Shown: positions 30,679-41,798 of the stretch, in pieces
How the letters are laid out: each line of letters opens with the position of its first letter
Numbering within the stretch: position 1 is the stretch's first letter
From: Minutocellus sp. GHC0000111
Lineage: Eukaryota
Direction: 5' to 3'
Assembly (NCBI GenBank): GCA_977018835.1
Contig: OZ361258.1
Span: 2,666,001-2,730,000 of the forward strand
DNA length: 64,000 nucleotides
Notes under the pieces: model-generated
Database searches by the model: none
What the model was told of the DNA's origin: nothing
What the model saw: the letters and a program-made list of their open reading frames with translations, nothing else
Program-made: the position numbers and the translations under genes

Positions 30679-31303
30679 CTTCTCGATGCTGTTGTTGAGG
30701 ACGACGAGAAGAAATTCCTGTGTAAAAAAGGCCACAGTGATCAGGCTCTAGAAGATAAAGTCCGCAGTATTTCTCGGCGTGCATTAGACCTGCTAAACAA
30801 GATGGAAGGCTCTCCCGAAGATGGCAACCACACAAGGAAGGATGGATGCTCTCTGGTGTGGGTTCGTTCGCGAGCCCAAAAGATCAAAACTAAGCACAAA
30901 GCAAGCAGCATGAAGGAGGCATCGGAAAGCAACTCCCAGACATCACTTGATTCTCATTTTTTACGCAAAAGCGGCGGCAGTAAGTAGATATGTAGCTCTC
31001 GAATTTATTTGTTGTGATGGTGCGTGATGTGATTCGGGTGCGCGATTTCGAGGGGGTTTCTGGAAAGAATTCGCCACGTCAGCAGCGCTTTTAAGTCTCA
31101 CTGGATGTCTTGCACTTTCCAGAAAGCGCGGCCGGCGCGCGCGGTGCGCCGTCCCGGCGTCGTCCGTTCCTCGCGGCGACACGTGGCCGCTGCGCGGCCA
31201 CTTTCCAGCCGGAAAGTGTGATTTTTTTGCGGTTGCCGTTTGCTCTGCAACGTCAGCAGATTTCTTTTTGTGCTGGCTCATCCATGCATTGTGAGAGCCA
31301 TGG
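30679..31303 (+). mobile_element. Duplicated 3' end of the Crypton-like element
   Basis: Copy of 16103-16727. Confidence 0.7.
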
Positions 31304-31497
31304 TAAGGTAGGTGCCAACACTTGCGCATTGCACGACACAGACGAATGGTGTGGTGGACCTACCACGTAGCTCCATAGAGGCAGATCACGTACCGTGTCC
31401 ACGCCAAGAGCACTTCATGAGGCCCGTGGTCAGCGCTCCGATACCTTTATTCGCTCACATTCACCGAAGCCGGCCACACTCCTTGCCTCCTCTCTTC

Positions 31498-32255
31498 ATG
31501 ATGACTGCCGGCGGCGTTGGTGACACAAGCCCTCTGCTATCGAAGCCGCAGGCGCTGCTTTCCCTCCCTTCTGCTCTATCATCCATCCAGCTTCCACCGA
31601 TACCGCTTTTATGTCTCTATTCCGCGATACTGATCATTGCATCGGCCGCAACGTGGTTGTATTTGCGCCTCTACCATCCAATAGTTCATCCCTACCCCTG
31701 GACGCTGGCATTTTCTCCCTCACGACGGATAAGGTGGTGTTGGCAGGGTCGTACAATCCACCGCATCGGGGACATGTCGCCATGCTGTCCTATTTGTCGC
31801 AGAGATACGGCGAGGTGATTGCCGTGGTGGGGATGAATCCAGCCAAAAAGTATGCCGTAAGTCCACAACAGCGGGCAGAATTCATCCAGCAAATGATCGA
31901 TGCCGAGGAAGAAATCAAGGACAATGTCCGTGTCGAGGTGGTGCAGGGGTACATCTGGCGCTTCGCTTTTCGAGAGGGTGTGTCGATCATGTTCCGTGGC
32001 ATCCGCAGCTGGGCCAAGGATGGTGACGAAGAACGATATCTGCATTTTCTCAATACGTGGGGACCCATGGTGTTCGGTCCACTGCGTTGGCCATTGCCGA
32101 CGCAATTCTTGGAGGGAAAGCCAGAATACAATCACATATCGAGCACGTTGATTCGAAACATGTGTGTGGAGGCCAAGAAGAAAGGAACCGAGGCGGATTT
32201 AACTGCATTGGTTCCGGAAGGAGTTGCCGACGGTGTTGCCAAGGCATATTGCTAG
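31498..32255 (+). CDS. coaD: Phosphopantetheine adenylyltransferase, copy 2 (same frameshift)
   Basis: Identical translation to copy 1. Confidence 0.8.
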
Positions 32256-32464
32256 CTAGCTACACTAATAAGTACATAAATATCACGTGAATGTCTCTAG
32301 CTACTAATAAGCACATAAATATCACATGAGGCTACCTATTCAATTGAATATGGTTCTAACTTTTCATTATGATAGATAGATTTAAGCTATATTTAGCGGG
32401 ACGAACACCACCACCAAAATATCACGTGAAGTCTCTACTGTAGCCAAGACTCGCTCTGGCGAGC

Positions 32465-33487
32465 TCACTCTCTGGCCTTATTGTGCTGCTTGTAGTCAGG
32501 CAGATAAGGAGCCGCCATGGTGAACATCTCCGTGAAAAAGTTGTAGGGGATGAAAAAGGTTCCCATGCGCGTACCCCAAGCCATACTTCCCAAGTCGCGA
32601 AGGGCACAGACACCGATACTACGGAGGATATCGTTGGGGAGCTTCTGGGGTGGCACGGCACTCTTCTGCGCGGCCTCCATAAGCTCAATCTTGTGATCGA
32701 CCTTGTCGTAAAAGTTACTGGCCACCGGTGATGGGTGTACGGCGACGACATCAATCCCGAGATTCTGAACCTCGATGTGCAGACTGCAGGCGAATTGCGA
32801 CACAAAGGCCTTCGTCGAGGCATACATGGCAGCGAATGGAGTGGGGATGAATCCCGCCACAGACGACGTGAAGACAATGCAACCCTTCAGCTTCTTCTCC
32901 ACCAGAATCTTGACAAAGTGATGCGTAACGTTGACCGAGGCTGTGGCATTGCACTCCACATTGGCCAAAAGCTTGCCGATGGGCGCCTGGTCCAGAAATC
33001 CGGTAACGATGAAGCCAGCGTTGTTGAAAATAACCTGCACATCAATGTCCTTGGTCTTGGCCTTGATGGACTTCATGTAATCCACACCCGGACTGAAGTT
33101 CACACCGACGGGCCGGAACTCCAAATCGGGATACTCGGCCTGCAATTCCTTGATGGTGGTCTTGAGGAAATCATCGTCGAGCGACACCACCACAACGTTG
33201 AGCCCCTGCGAGGCCAGCTTGAAGCACAGGGCCTTGCCAATACCGCTGCCACCGCCCGTGACGAGGGCCCACTTGGCTCCGTACTTCTTCTTCAAGTCGG
33301 GCACGGGACGGAAGGCCATGAACAGCTGGGGGATGAGGTAGGCAATGAACCAAAAGGTGGCCGGAACGGCCAGGACGGCGATCAAATAAACGGCATATGG
33401 CGACAAAATGGCCGGAACCTCGACGGGATCCGGCATGATGCATTCCGGCACCGCCGGCTCCTGGGATGAGAACAACGACCAGCCCAT
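32465..33487 (-). CDS. SDR, KCR-like, copy 2
   Basis: Identical translation to copy 1. Confidence 0.9.
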   Translation of the reverse strand: MGWSLFSSQEPAVPECIMPDPVEVPAILSPYAVYLIAVLAVPATFWFIAYLIPQLFMAFRPVPDLKKKYGAKWALVTGGGSGIGKALCFKLASQGLNVVVVSLDDDFLKTTIKELQAEYPDLEFRPVGVNFSPGVDYMKSIKAKTKDIDVQVIFNNAGFIVTGFLDQAPIGKLLANVECNATASVNVTHHFVKILVEKKLKGCIVFTSSVAGFIPTPFAAMYASTKAFVSQFACSLHIEVQNLGIDVVAVHPSPVASNFYDKVDHKIELMEAAQKSAVPPQKLPNDILRSIGVCALRDLGSMAWGTRMGTFFIPYNFFTEMFTMAAPYLPDYKQHNKARE

Positions 33488-33986
33488 GTTGGTTTTGTTA
33501 TCGGATAACAAAATGGCGCTGCGATGATAACAGCTGATGATAACCCAAATGGCCAATGACGTCGTGGCCCATTGATCAAAAAGGAGTTATTGCGTATGAG
33601 GGGCCCTGCAGCCCTTTTCTTTGTGACGTCCGTGCTTTCCGTTGGCCGCCTCCATTTTTCGATACCGCGTTGGAGTCAAATAGCCCAAGAATACATCAGC
33701 CAGGACATATTGCTGGCTGGGGTGGAGCTGAACCTCCTCGCTTTGCTTTATACCATTGAAAGGAGTTGGTTTGATAGCGACCGCCTCCTGATTGATTCAG
33801 CGTAGTCAACACATCTTGTGCCGATTTTTATCGGATCGTGTCTGATTCCCGGTTGACCAGCGGCCAAGCCGGAGGCAATCCCATCAACGTTTTTGTACCT
33901 TTCTTCAGTTGAACCGGTTCAGATAAACCTTGAAAAACTGCCACCAGGACCTTAACGGCAGGTCCATTTATAGAAAAGCAGCAACT

Positions 33987-35378
33987 ATGGAGTCCTCCTC
34001 CGAAAAAGTGGCACGAAGGATACGAAGGAGAGGTGCGAAAGTGGCCACCACCACTACTACTGCTGGGTCACGCCCCGCGCCTCTCGCGATCCTGCTTCAC
34101 GCCCTCCTCACATTCTTCGCCGTCGTCCAACGTAACGTCCGGCCAGTACAAGCTCAGAGCATCAACATAGGGTCCTTTATTGATCAAGACACCCTCGATC
34201 GATGCAAGGCTGCGCTCAACGAGGCTGACACCGACGACGATCTGATGGTGACGGCCGAGGAATACATTACGTACGTCAAGGGTGAATCCGGCCTGGCCAT
34301 CGAGACGGAAGCCGATGAGCTAGTTGAGATCCCACTGTCGTTGGTCATGCTGTTCATTCGATATGCCTGTCAGTGCGTCCAGCGTCCCGGTGCGACGCCG
34401 CAGTGCTGCCACGGAGAGAATGCCCACCTCAACATTGCCGACGATGGATCGACCACCCAGTCGGTGTTCTTTTTGGATTTCTGTCTGGATGCGCAGGATG
34501 CCATCGAGGAGGTGATGGTGACGGCATCGCCCACTCCAGCCCCGACCGTGGCACCGACCTTTGAGAACCAAATGTCAGTGAGGTTTCAGTACACTCTGAC
34601 CAACGAAGATGGGCTGAATGCCGAGGCAGTCATGACGGGTGCTGGTGGAAACACGCTCAAGGCTGATCTGGAGGCCGCTACAAGGACCATCGTAATTCGA
34701 ACACTGAACGAGACCAATCCTGATGCCTTCCGGGGACGTAAGAGCGTGGACAGTACCATTGGGTCCATTCCTCACGCCACTCAGGGTCGTGATCCGAGTA
34801 CTGCACGCAAATCATCAATATTCGAAAAAGTCAGGAAGAACAAACTCGAGAGGCATCAGCAGCTGCACAGCGACGAGCCTGCAGATGTGGAAGGCGATGA
34901 TACCGACCGGAGACTATTTGATTACGATGCCAACATGCAGCTATACCTTGACGATGGTGCAGGTCCATTTCTTCAAAAGTGCGGCATCGATGTTTATCGC
35001 CTCGACGAGGACACCTTGGAGGAGAGAGCGATTGCTCTGTCTCTCGCGGAGCTTTACCACCGAGCACAGCAAGCGAAGAGAGGTGATCGCCAAGTGCAAC
35101 AAGGAGGTCAAGGGGTAGAATATCAGGATGGTCATCGGCACGACCGGCGTCGACTGGTAATTTACACGGATTTGTTGTTTATTGATATTTATCTTGTGCT
35201 CGATGATCCAACCTGCCCGCCGCTGTCTTCTATCGAGTGCCTAGTGATATTCACTCGCATACGTCTCCTCCTGGAAGAGGGAGATGACCAAGAGATGGTA
35301 AGAGACTTGGTTTCACAAGGAATGCGAAATAGCTTCGCCGATGGGTCCTTCATCGCAGCGATACCTGATAGCGAATAG
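33987..35378 (+). CDS. Hypothetical secreted/membrane protein, copy 2
   Basis: Identical translation to copy 1. Confidence 0.6.
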   Translation: MESSSEKVARRIRRRGAKVATTTTTAGSRPAPLAILLHALLTFFAVVQRNVRPVQAQSINIGSFIDQDTLDRCKAALNEADTDDDLMVTAEEYITYVKGESGLAIETEADELVEIPLSLVMLFIRYACQCVQRPGATPQCCHGENAHLNIADDGSTTQSVFFLDFCLDAQDAIEEVMVTASPTPAPTVAPTFENQMSVRFQYTLTNEDGLNAEAVMTGAGGNTLKADLEAATRTIVIRTLNETNPDAFRGRKSVDSTIGSIPHATQGRDPSTARKSSIFEKVRKNKLERHQQLHSDEPADVEGDDTDRRLFDYDANMQLYLDDGAGPFLQKCGIDVYRLDEDTLEERAIALSLAELYHRAQQAKRGDRQVQQGGQGVEYQDGHRHDRRRLVIYTDLLFIDIYLVLDDPTCPPLSSIECLVIFTRIRLLLEEGDDQEMVRDLVSQGMRNSFADGSFIAAIPDSE

Positions 35379-35551
35379 TGGACTTGATAGTGGTGATGCT
35401 ACGGTACAAGGATGTTGATGTTGCAATGAGGAATGCTAATGCAATGGGATCTTTCGGGGCAGCAACACCAACATCAATGCATGTAATTTAAATGGCATAA
35501 TAATACTTATTATTGAAATTTTAGGACGTTTCAATGCCATTTGTATGTACT

Positions 35552-36352
35552 TTATTTATCGCTCTCATCATTACTACCCTCATCTCCCTGCTCATCTTCA
35601 TCGCTCTCTCCATCGGTTGGCACCGCCTCCACCTCTCCTTCACGATACAACCACGCTCCCTGTCGGATATGCTTTCCAGCCCTGGCAAAGGTTGACGTTT
35701 CCATGAAAGCCGTCTTTTCCCTTGAATCACGTTGCGTCATCGTTGCAACAAACTTGACTTTGGCAATCTGTTGGTCTCCTTCTCCTTCGAATGACTCTTC
35801 CAAAATGTTGCACTGTTTGAGCTCAAAGTTATCGTAGCAATTGATCTCAATGTCGTGCTTCATTTGATCTATATCTGCCTGGAAATTCTTGTTCAGTGGA
35901 TGGACCGAGCCGACAATGAAATCAATCTCACGCTTGGCATACGCCGAATACCGGGCCCGCACAATCTGCTCCGGAGTTGCATTTGCGAACGCATCCGCAC
36001 TCTTGTGGATGCCACCGCAGCATTTCATATATTCGAGTCCAGACCCACAGGGACAATCCTCAACCGCCGCACCGCCGAAACCAGAGGTGGAACGCTGTCG
36101 GTTGCCCACACCCCTGATCTTTTTCTTCTTCTTGGTGCCACCCTTCTTGGCAGTGAGAGTGGTTGTGGTGAGAGCTGGAAAATCAGATGCCGATCGAGCC
36201 GTGGAAGTGCCGATGGCGCGGGATGCAGTGAAGGCACATACCGCCGCTGGAGTTGTGGCCAACAAGGCGAGGAGAAGAACAATTCTTCGGGCCGTCATCG
36301 TGGTGGCTGAAGCAAGCAAGGGCGACTTGGCTGAAGGCAGAGAGTCGATCAA
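35552..36352 (-). CDS. YchJ/SEC-C protein, copy 2
   Basis: Identical translation to copy 1. Confidence 0.88.
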   Translation of the reverse strand: MIDSLPSAKSPLLASATTMTARRIVLLLALLATTPAAVCAFTASRAIGTSTARSASDFPALTTTTLTAKKGGTKKKKKIRGVGNRQRSTSGFGGAAVEDCPCGSGLEYMKCCGGIHKSADAFANATPEQIVRARYSAYAKREIDFIVGSVHPLNKNFQADIDQMKHDIEINCYDNFELKQCNILEESFEGEGDQQIAKVKFVATMTQRDSREKTAFMETSTFARAGKHIRQGAWLYREGEVEAVPTDGESDEDEQGDEGSNDESDK

Positions 36353-36816
36353 TGGCGCACAATGAGCTGCACAATGGCAAGTACGTGGACGGTGCGGTGT
36401 TGGAAGTATCGATCAGCGATTACTTTATTTGTTCATTTAGAAAGCCCCCGCAGTATGTGGTGTCAAACCGCATCTTTTGAAGATGACATGCTCCCATGTT
36501 TTGCGTGTTGTTTAGCATTACTAACATTTTAAGCTTGGCGAGTACAAGATACCGCCCAGTGACATAGCACACCTGCGTGTTCTCTGTCCCGCGACCTTCG
36601 CGCATCTCGTTTTTCAACATGCGGTGGACGATGCGACACGTCAAACTGAAATTTGGCACATCATATCGAAAGTAAGCCAAATGCCAACGATGACCTCTTG
36701 CCGCGGCCGCATAAAATGAGATGTGCACGAGAACGACCGTTTATTATGACCGGGTGATGACCACAATCTTTTCTTAATCTGTATATCTAAAACGCACCCG
36801 AATTTATCATTTCATC

Positions 36817-38592
36817 ATGACGCTCGAAATCTCCTCGCCATCGGCGTCGGCCCCTCTTACGGCCTCTGCATCGCCGGTCGTTGGCGGTGGTGGCAAAAGC
36901 AAATGGTCACCTTGGGTGAAGAAGCCATTATGGGCCGCAACCGATCCGCACTTAGTGGCATCCGTGGATGGGGAGGCTGGAGCACAGACGCATCTGGCGC
37001 GACATCTGACGCTGTTCGATCTCATCTGTATTGGAGTTGGTGCTACGATTGGAAGCGGCGTATTTGTGCTGTGTGGCCTGGTCGCACATAGCTATGCTGG
37101 TCCTGCGACCTTTCTCTCGTGGGGAATCGCTTGCATGGCAGCTACATTAAGCGGACTATGTTACGCAGAATTGGCCGGTCGTTTCCCTGCTGCTGGGTCA
37201 TCCTATGCCTACAGTTTTATCGCGTTGGGAGAATTACCAGCAGTTCTAGCTGGCTCTTGCATGACTTTGGAATATGTCTTCTCTGCAAGTGCCGTTGCCA
37301 GGTCCTGCGGAGACAAGGTCGTGGAATATGCAAAGGCGAACATGGATCCAGATTCGAATCACCCTATACTCAATTTTCTGGAGCCAGGTGGCGGAGTGAA
37401 TCCATTTGCATTCATCATCTCGACTGTGGCAATAGGGTTGCATCTCCGCGGAGCACGCGAATCGAAGGGCGTTACCAACGTCTTTTCACTTCTCAAGGTG
37501 TCCTTGGTGATCTTCATGACGGCGGTAGGTTACAGCCTACTTCAGCCAGCAAATCTTACACCAGTGGTTCCACAAGAGTTTGGTATTTCAGGCGTATTCA
37601 GAGGCGCTTCGACCTTGTTCTTCGGTTACATTGGTTACGATGAGATCTGTTGCGTCGCGGGAGAAGCTATTAATCCATCTCGAAATCTGCCACGGGCAGT
37701 AATCGCTTCGCTGGTGACCGTTACGATCCTCTACATGGTAGCTGCAGTAGCACTGACTGGAATGGTACCATACGAAGAAATTAGTGAAACATCTCCATTC
37801 CCGGATGGCTTCCGTTACCGTGGCGTAGAGTGGGCATCACATCTAAGTGCAATTGGCGAGCTTGTCACTCTGCCCTTGGTCGTGCTGGTATCAATCATGG
37901 CACAACCGCGGCTGCAGTACGCCATGGCCCACGATGGTCTTCTCCCAGCAATATTTGCTTCCCTCGATTCGAAGGGGAATCTGTGGTGGGGAACTTTGAT
38001 CTCAGGCGTGGTCATGATAATCATTGCCACGTTTGTGCCATTCACGTATCTCAATGATCTCATTAGCGCAGGAATCCTCATTGCTTTTTCAATGACCGAT
38101 GCCAGCGTGATTCTGCTCAGACACAAGTCTCCAGAGAATAAGCCACTCTACTTGGAGAAGTTATTGGGCGCATTCAATGTCCTTGCAATAATATCTGGAA
38201 TTCTGGTTTCGTACTGCGCAGACACATTTGAAGGACAATGCTTCTCAGCATTATTTGGCTTGCTTCTGCTTGCGGTTGGATTCGAATTGCAAAAAGTTTG
38301 CGCTCGATCTCCTTCTTCGGAATCTACTCCGGCCGACAAGGAGGGCTTCAAGACACCCATGGTGCCATTGTTGCCTCTACTTGGAATGGCTGTGAATTGG
38401 TACCTGATTGCACATCTTGCCACGTTCAGTCTTATCCTCTTGGCAATATATCTCGTCATTACATTCGCAATCTATTTTCTGTATTCTTCTAGGCATAGCG
38501 TGGCCAATACTACTGGTTGGATTCGGCATGATGGTGATGATTCCGGCGGAGACGGTAATTTTGAGCTAGCAACTGGGCACAAGATAACTTAA
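36817..38592 (+). CDS. Cationic amino-acid transporter, copy 2
   Basis: Identical translation to copy 1. Confidence 0.93.
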   Translation: MTLEISSPSASAPLTASASPVVGGGGKSKWSPWVKKPLWAATDPHLVASVDGEAGAQTHLARHLTLFDLICIGVGATIGSGVFVLCGLVAHSYAGPATFLSWGIACMAATLSGLCYAELAGRFPAAGSSYAYSFIALGELPAVLAGSCMTLEYVFSASAVARSCGDKVVEYAKANMDPDSNHPILNFLEPGGGVNPFAFIISTVAIGLHLRGARESKGVTNVFSLLKVSLVIFMTAVGYSLLQPANLTPVVPQEFGISGVFRGASTLFFGYIGYDEICCVAGEAINPSRNLPRAVIASLVTVTILYMVAAVALTGMVPYEEISETSPFPDGFRYRGVEWASHLSAIGELVTLPLVVLVSIMAQPRLQYAMAHDGLLPAIFASLDSKGNLWWGTLISGVVMIIIATFVPFTYLNDLISAGILIAFSMTDASVILLRHKSPENKPLYLEKLLGAFNVLAIISGILVSYCADTFEGQCFSALFGLLLLAVGFELQKVCARSPSSESTPADKEGFKTPMVPLLPLLGMAVNWYLIAHLATFSLILLAIYLVITFAIYFLYSSRHSVANTTGWIRHDGDDSGGDGNFELATGHKIT

Positions 38593-38672
38593 AGGCCATG
38601 GTGGCTACGAAGACTTGTCGGGTACTGATTGCTAGTCGGAATCTAATTCTATTATTAATTTGTTTATTACAA

Positions 38673-40049
38673 TCATTCAACCTCCGCATCAATGACGCCC
38701 CCAGCGAGTCGCCTTTGTCCAGTAGATGTACCTCTATCAGACGATGCACTTCTCCTCGCTGGTCTTGTCGGTTCCTTTCCAAGCACCCAATTGCAAATCT
38801 CATTCACCGCTCCCTGCATGATGTTCTCATCACCAAAAGAAGCTCCCTGAAAGCCGCCAGAAACTTCTCCCGCAATATCTCGGGCCTCTTCGGGAAGATC
38901 GAAATCATTGAGATTGAGATTTATAAACACAGGACCAAGATGCGATCCCTCCAAACCAGAGACTTTTGGACCATTTCCACCAGCTGTTCGGCACGCATTG
39001 AGGAATCCTTCGGAACTGTCCAATCCATCATCGTCAAACACAAAAAGCCGGGTCTTGTCCTGAAGAGCCTGATCATACTTACTGCTCACAATCCTTTCTG
39101 TATCAGCAGGTGACGGCTTGAATTCGAGACCAATCATTCCTATCGCCATCTCGGCTATCTGGCCAATGTTATCAAACATTGCCTCATCCATTCCGCTCCC
39201 AAGGTTGCCCTGTAGCTCTCGAGCAAACGACTTGGTTTGCTGAACGATGGAAGAGAATCCAAAATTATTGTAGGACATAAAACCGACACCTGAAAGATCG
39301 GCTCCAATTCCCGTCGCCGCCAAGGATATTGTCTGGAGCTTGCAGCCCAGACTGTGGCTCAGAAAGAATTTTGGCAGAGAGCTTGCATATCCTCGTTCGT
39401 CTTCCAACTTGATTATGGCTTTTCGGAGAGATTCACCATTCTTCTTGGCTATCTCAAAGTGGTCAATACCCAAATCATATGGTGCAGCAATCACGGCAGC
39501 ATTGAGGCGGGCAGAGACGCGTTTGAGAAGCTCGCTGTAAGCAATGTGCGGGTAGGTGCCCAATCCAGCTCCACCGGTGAACAAAATGACACAGGAAGGT
39601 GTTGACGGAGGTGATGGCTCCAACAGATACACAAATTCCTCTTTCATCGATGGCGGAGGTGTGAGATCGTCATTCCATTTGTAGTCCGTGGGTTCCTCAG
39701 ATAAGACGACCTTTTCCCATTCGCCAATCCGTCGGTTATTACTTAATTCATATTGCTGATCAAGACGTGCCAACGCCGAGACTAATTCTCCTGTCCCACC
39801 CATCCCTTCGCCGTCACCAAGAGACATGGATAGACCGTTTGGCGAAGATGATTGCCTCCACGTGGTGTTGATGTTCCTCTTCGTCAGCAATTTCTTTGCC
39901 CTCTGACGAAGGGCGGCGTGAGTAGCACCGGCGGCAGCAGTGGCGACATTCCCTCTATTACCCGGCGCATCATTCAGCACGAAAGCAGAAGACAACCACA
40001 AAGATGATAGTGGGGAAATCCCAGATATGGAAGCTGGAAGACTCTTCAT
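38673..40049 (-). CDS. DUF1350-like protein, copy 2
   Basis: Identical translation to copy 1. Confidence 0.8.
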   Translation of the reverse strand: MKSLPASISGISPLSSLWLSSAFVLNDAPGNRGNVATAAAGATHAALRQRAKKLLTKRNINTTWRQSSSPNGLSMSLGDGEGMGGTGELVSALARLDQQYELSNNRRIGEWEKVVLSEEPTDYKWNDDLTPPPSMKEEFVYLLEPSPPSTPSCVILFTGGAGLGTYPHIAYSELLKRVSARLNAAVIAAPYDLGIDHFEIAKKNGESLRKAIIKLEDERGYASSLPKFFLSHSLGCKLQTISLAATGIGADLSGVGFMSYNNFGFSSIVQQTKSFARELQGNLGSGMDEAMFDNIGQIAEMAIGMIGLEFKPSPADTERIVSSKYDQALQDKTRLFVFDDDGLDSSEGFLNACRTAGGNGPKVSGLEGSHLGPVFINLNLNDFDLPEEARDIAGEVSGGFQGASFGDENIMQGAVNEICNWVLGKEPTRPARRSASSDRGTSTGQRRLAGGVIDAEVE

Positions 40050-40265
40050 TGGTTGTCTCAAACGTGGGGTGCGTTCGTGGCTCGGCCCAGTGAAGAATGA
40101 AGGCGACTGAATGAAGCGAAGCGAAGGGAAATAAAAATCAGGGGGGGGGGGGGCAATTGGTCATTCCGTCATCCGAGCCGAACGAACTCTGTCGAACAGG
40201 GAAGAAGCTTTTCTCAGTGCCCCTCGGCCCTCGCCTCCTTGCCGTGGTCGCATAAGAATGGAACG

Positions 40266-41464
40266 ATGGCCCTCCTGGTTGCACCGTCTCTACGCTCGAG
40301 GACGACGGCTCGGGTGGTCCTACCCGCCATCTCCTCAGTATGGTTTTCCTCCTCCTCTTCTCCATCGCCCAAATACTACATCCCGCGTAAGCAACGAACC
40401 ACAACTGATGGGATTTACGAGATCGATCGAGTGTACGACAGCAGATTGAAAAGGAGAAGAAGGATAGACCCGACGCGGGAGCTGAATTATCAAGCTGAGA
40501 ACTGGGAGAGCCACAAAAGTGTGTACCCAACGTTCGGTGCCAGCCCCTTCCAACGACTGTTGTTCCCCGACCTGTTCATAACCTCCGCCATTGCTGGAGG
40601 TCTGACGTACTACAATGAATTTGTTGACACCGAAGCACTTTGGATGGATGGCAAAGGTCTTGCAGCTGGAACGACGGCAATAGCTCTACTCTCGGGTTTT
40701 CGTCTGAACGCATCTTACGGTCGTTATGTCGAAGCTCGCACATTGCTCGGTGCGGTCAATACAGCTTCCCGTGATCTGGCATCGAATGCCAATATGTGGC
40801 TGACCACAGAAGAAAGCAAAGATCGAATGATGAGACTGATAAAGGCTTTCTCAGTTACGCTGATATTTCACTTGAATGCCAAAGGTGGTCATAAACAAAT
40901 CCGAAGGAACCAGGCAAACTTTCGTGATCAAGTTTATTCCGAATTTAGAGCCGAGTTGCTCGATGTGTTTCTAGGCCATGAAAGAGATGAAGATTTTGTA
41001 CGGATTTGCAACTGGTTTTGCACGTAAGGAACAAATGTTCCATTGGGAATCACTCTGATGATGCGAGAAATTATTTCCCAAAACAGTACAGACGAAGACG
41101 GGGCAGTGCCTTTGTCCGTCTACAATCGTGAGCTTGATATCCACGTTCAAAAGTTTGTGGCCAGTTTGGGCGGATGTGAACGCATACAAAAGACGCCCAT
41201 CCCGACCTGCTTTACGAGACACACCTCGCGGCTTATATTCATGTGGTCGACGTTGCTTCCGTTTGCGATTTATCCGGTATGTGGCCCTTTCTTCACTTTT
41301 CCTTCAACCCAATTACCTACTCAATACTGGGTCTTGAGGATATTGGAGTCCAGATCGAGGAGCCGTTCAACATCTTACCTCTTCGCCAGTACTCTGATGG
41401 TGTTTACGACGGTGTCGATTTCATCAGATCGGCCAGCACATTCCCCCCAGATAAGAATACTTGA
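40266..41464 (+). pseudogene. Bestrophin-like pseudogene, copy 2
   Basis: Same stop and frameshift as copy 1. Confidence 0.8.
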
Positions 41465-41798
41465 TGTGCTTATTTGAGACCTCAGATTGTGGGGACATTT
41501 GTTTGCTCTCTCTAGTACATGTATCTACATGTACCGGTAGGATTCCTAGTCTAATTCTAACGCACCTTGTCGAGCTACAGGCTTTTACGTCGTAAGAAAG
41601 AAAAATATTCAAAACCGTTGGCTTGGTCATCATCACACGGCACGAGGCACGGGGCCCAGAGCCGGCCCAGGCAGCGCAGCTAGTAGCAGCGCATCCGCAT
41701 CCAGCCACAAATTAAATACTAGCTAGAGTGCGGCGAGTAAGTCACAGCATGAGCATGACTTGATGATATGCCTTGGTCGGAGGTCGTCGGTACCAATA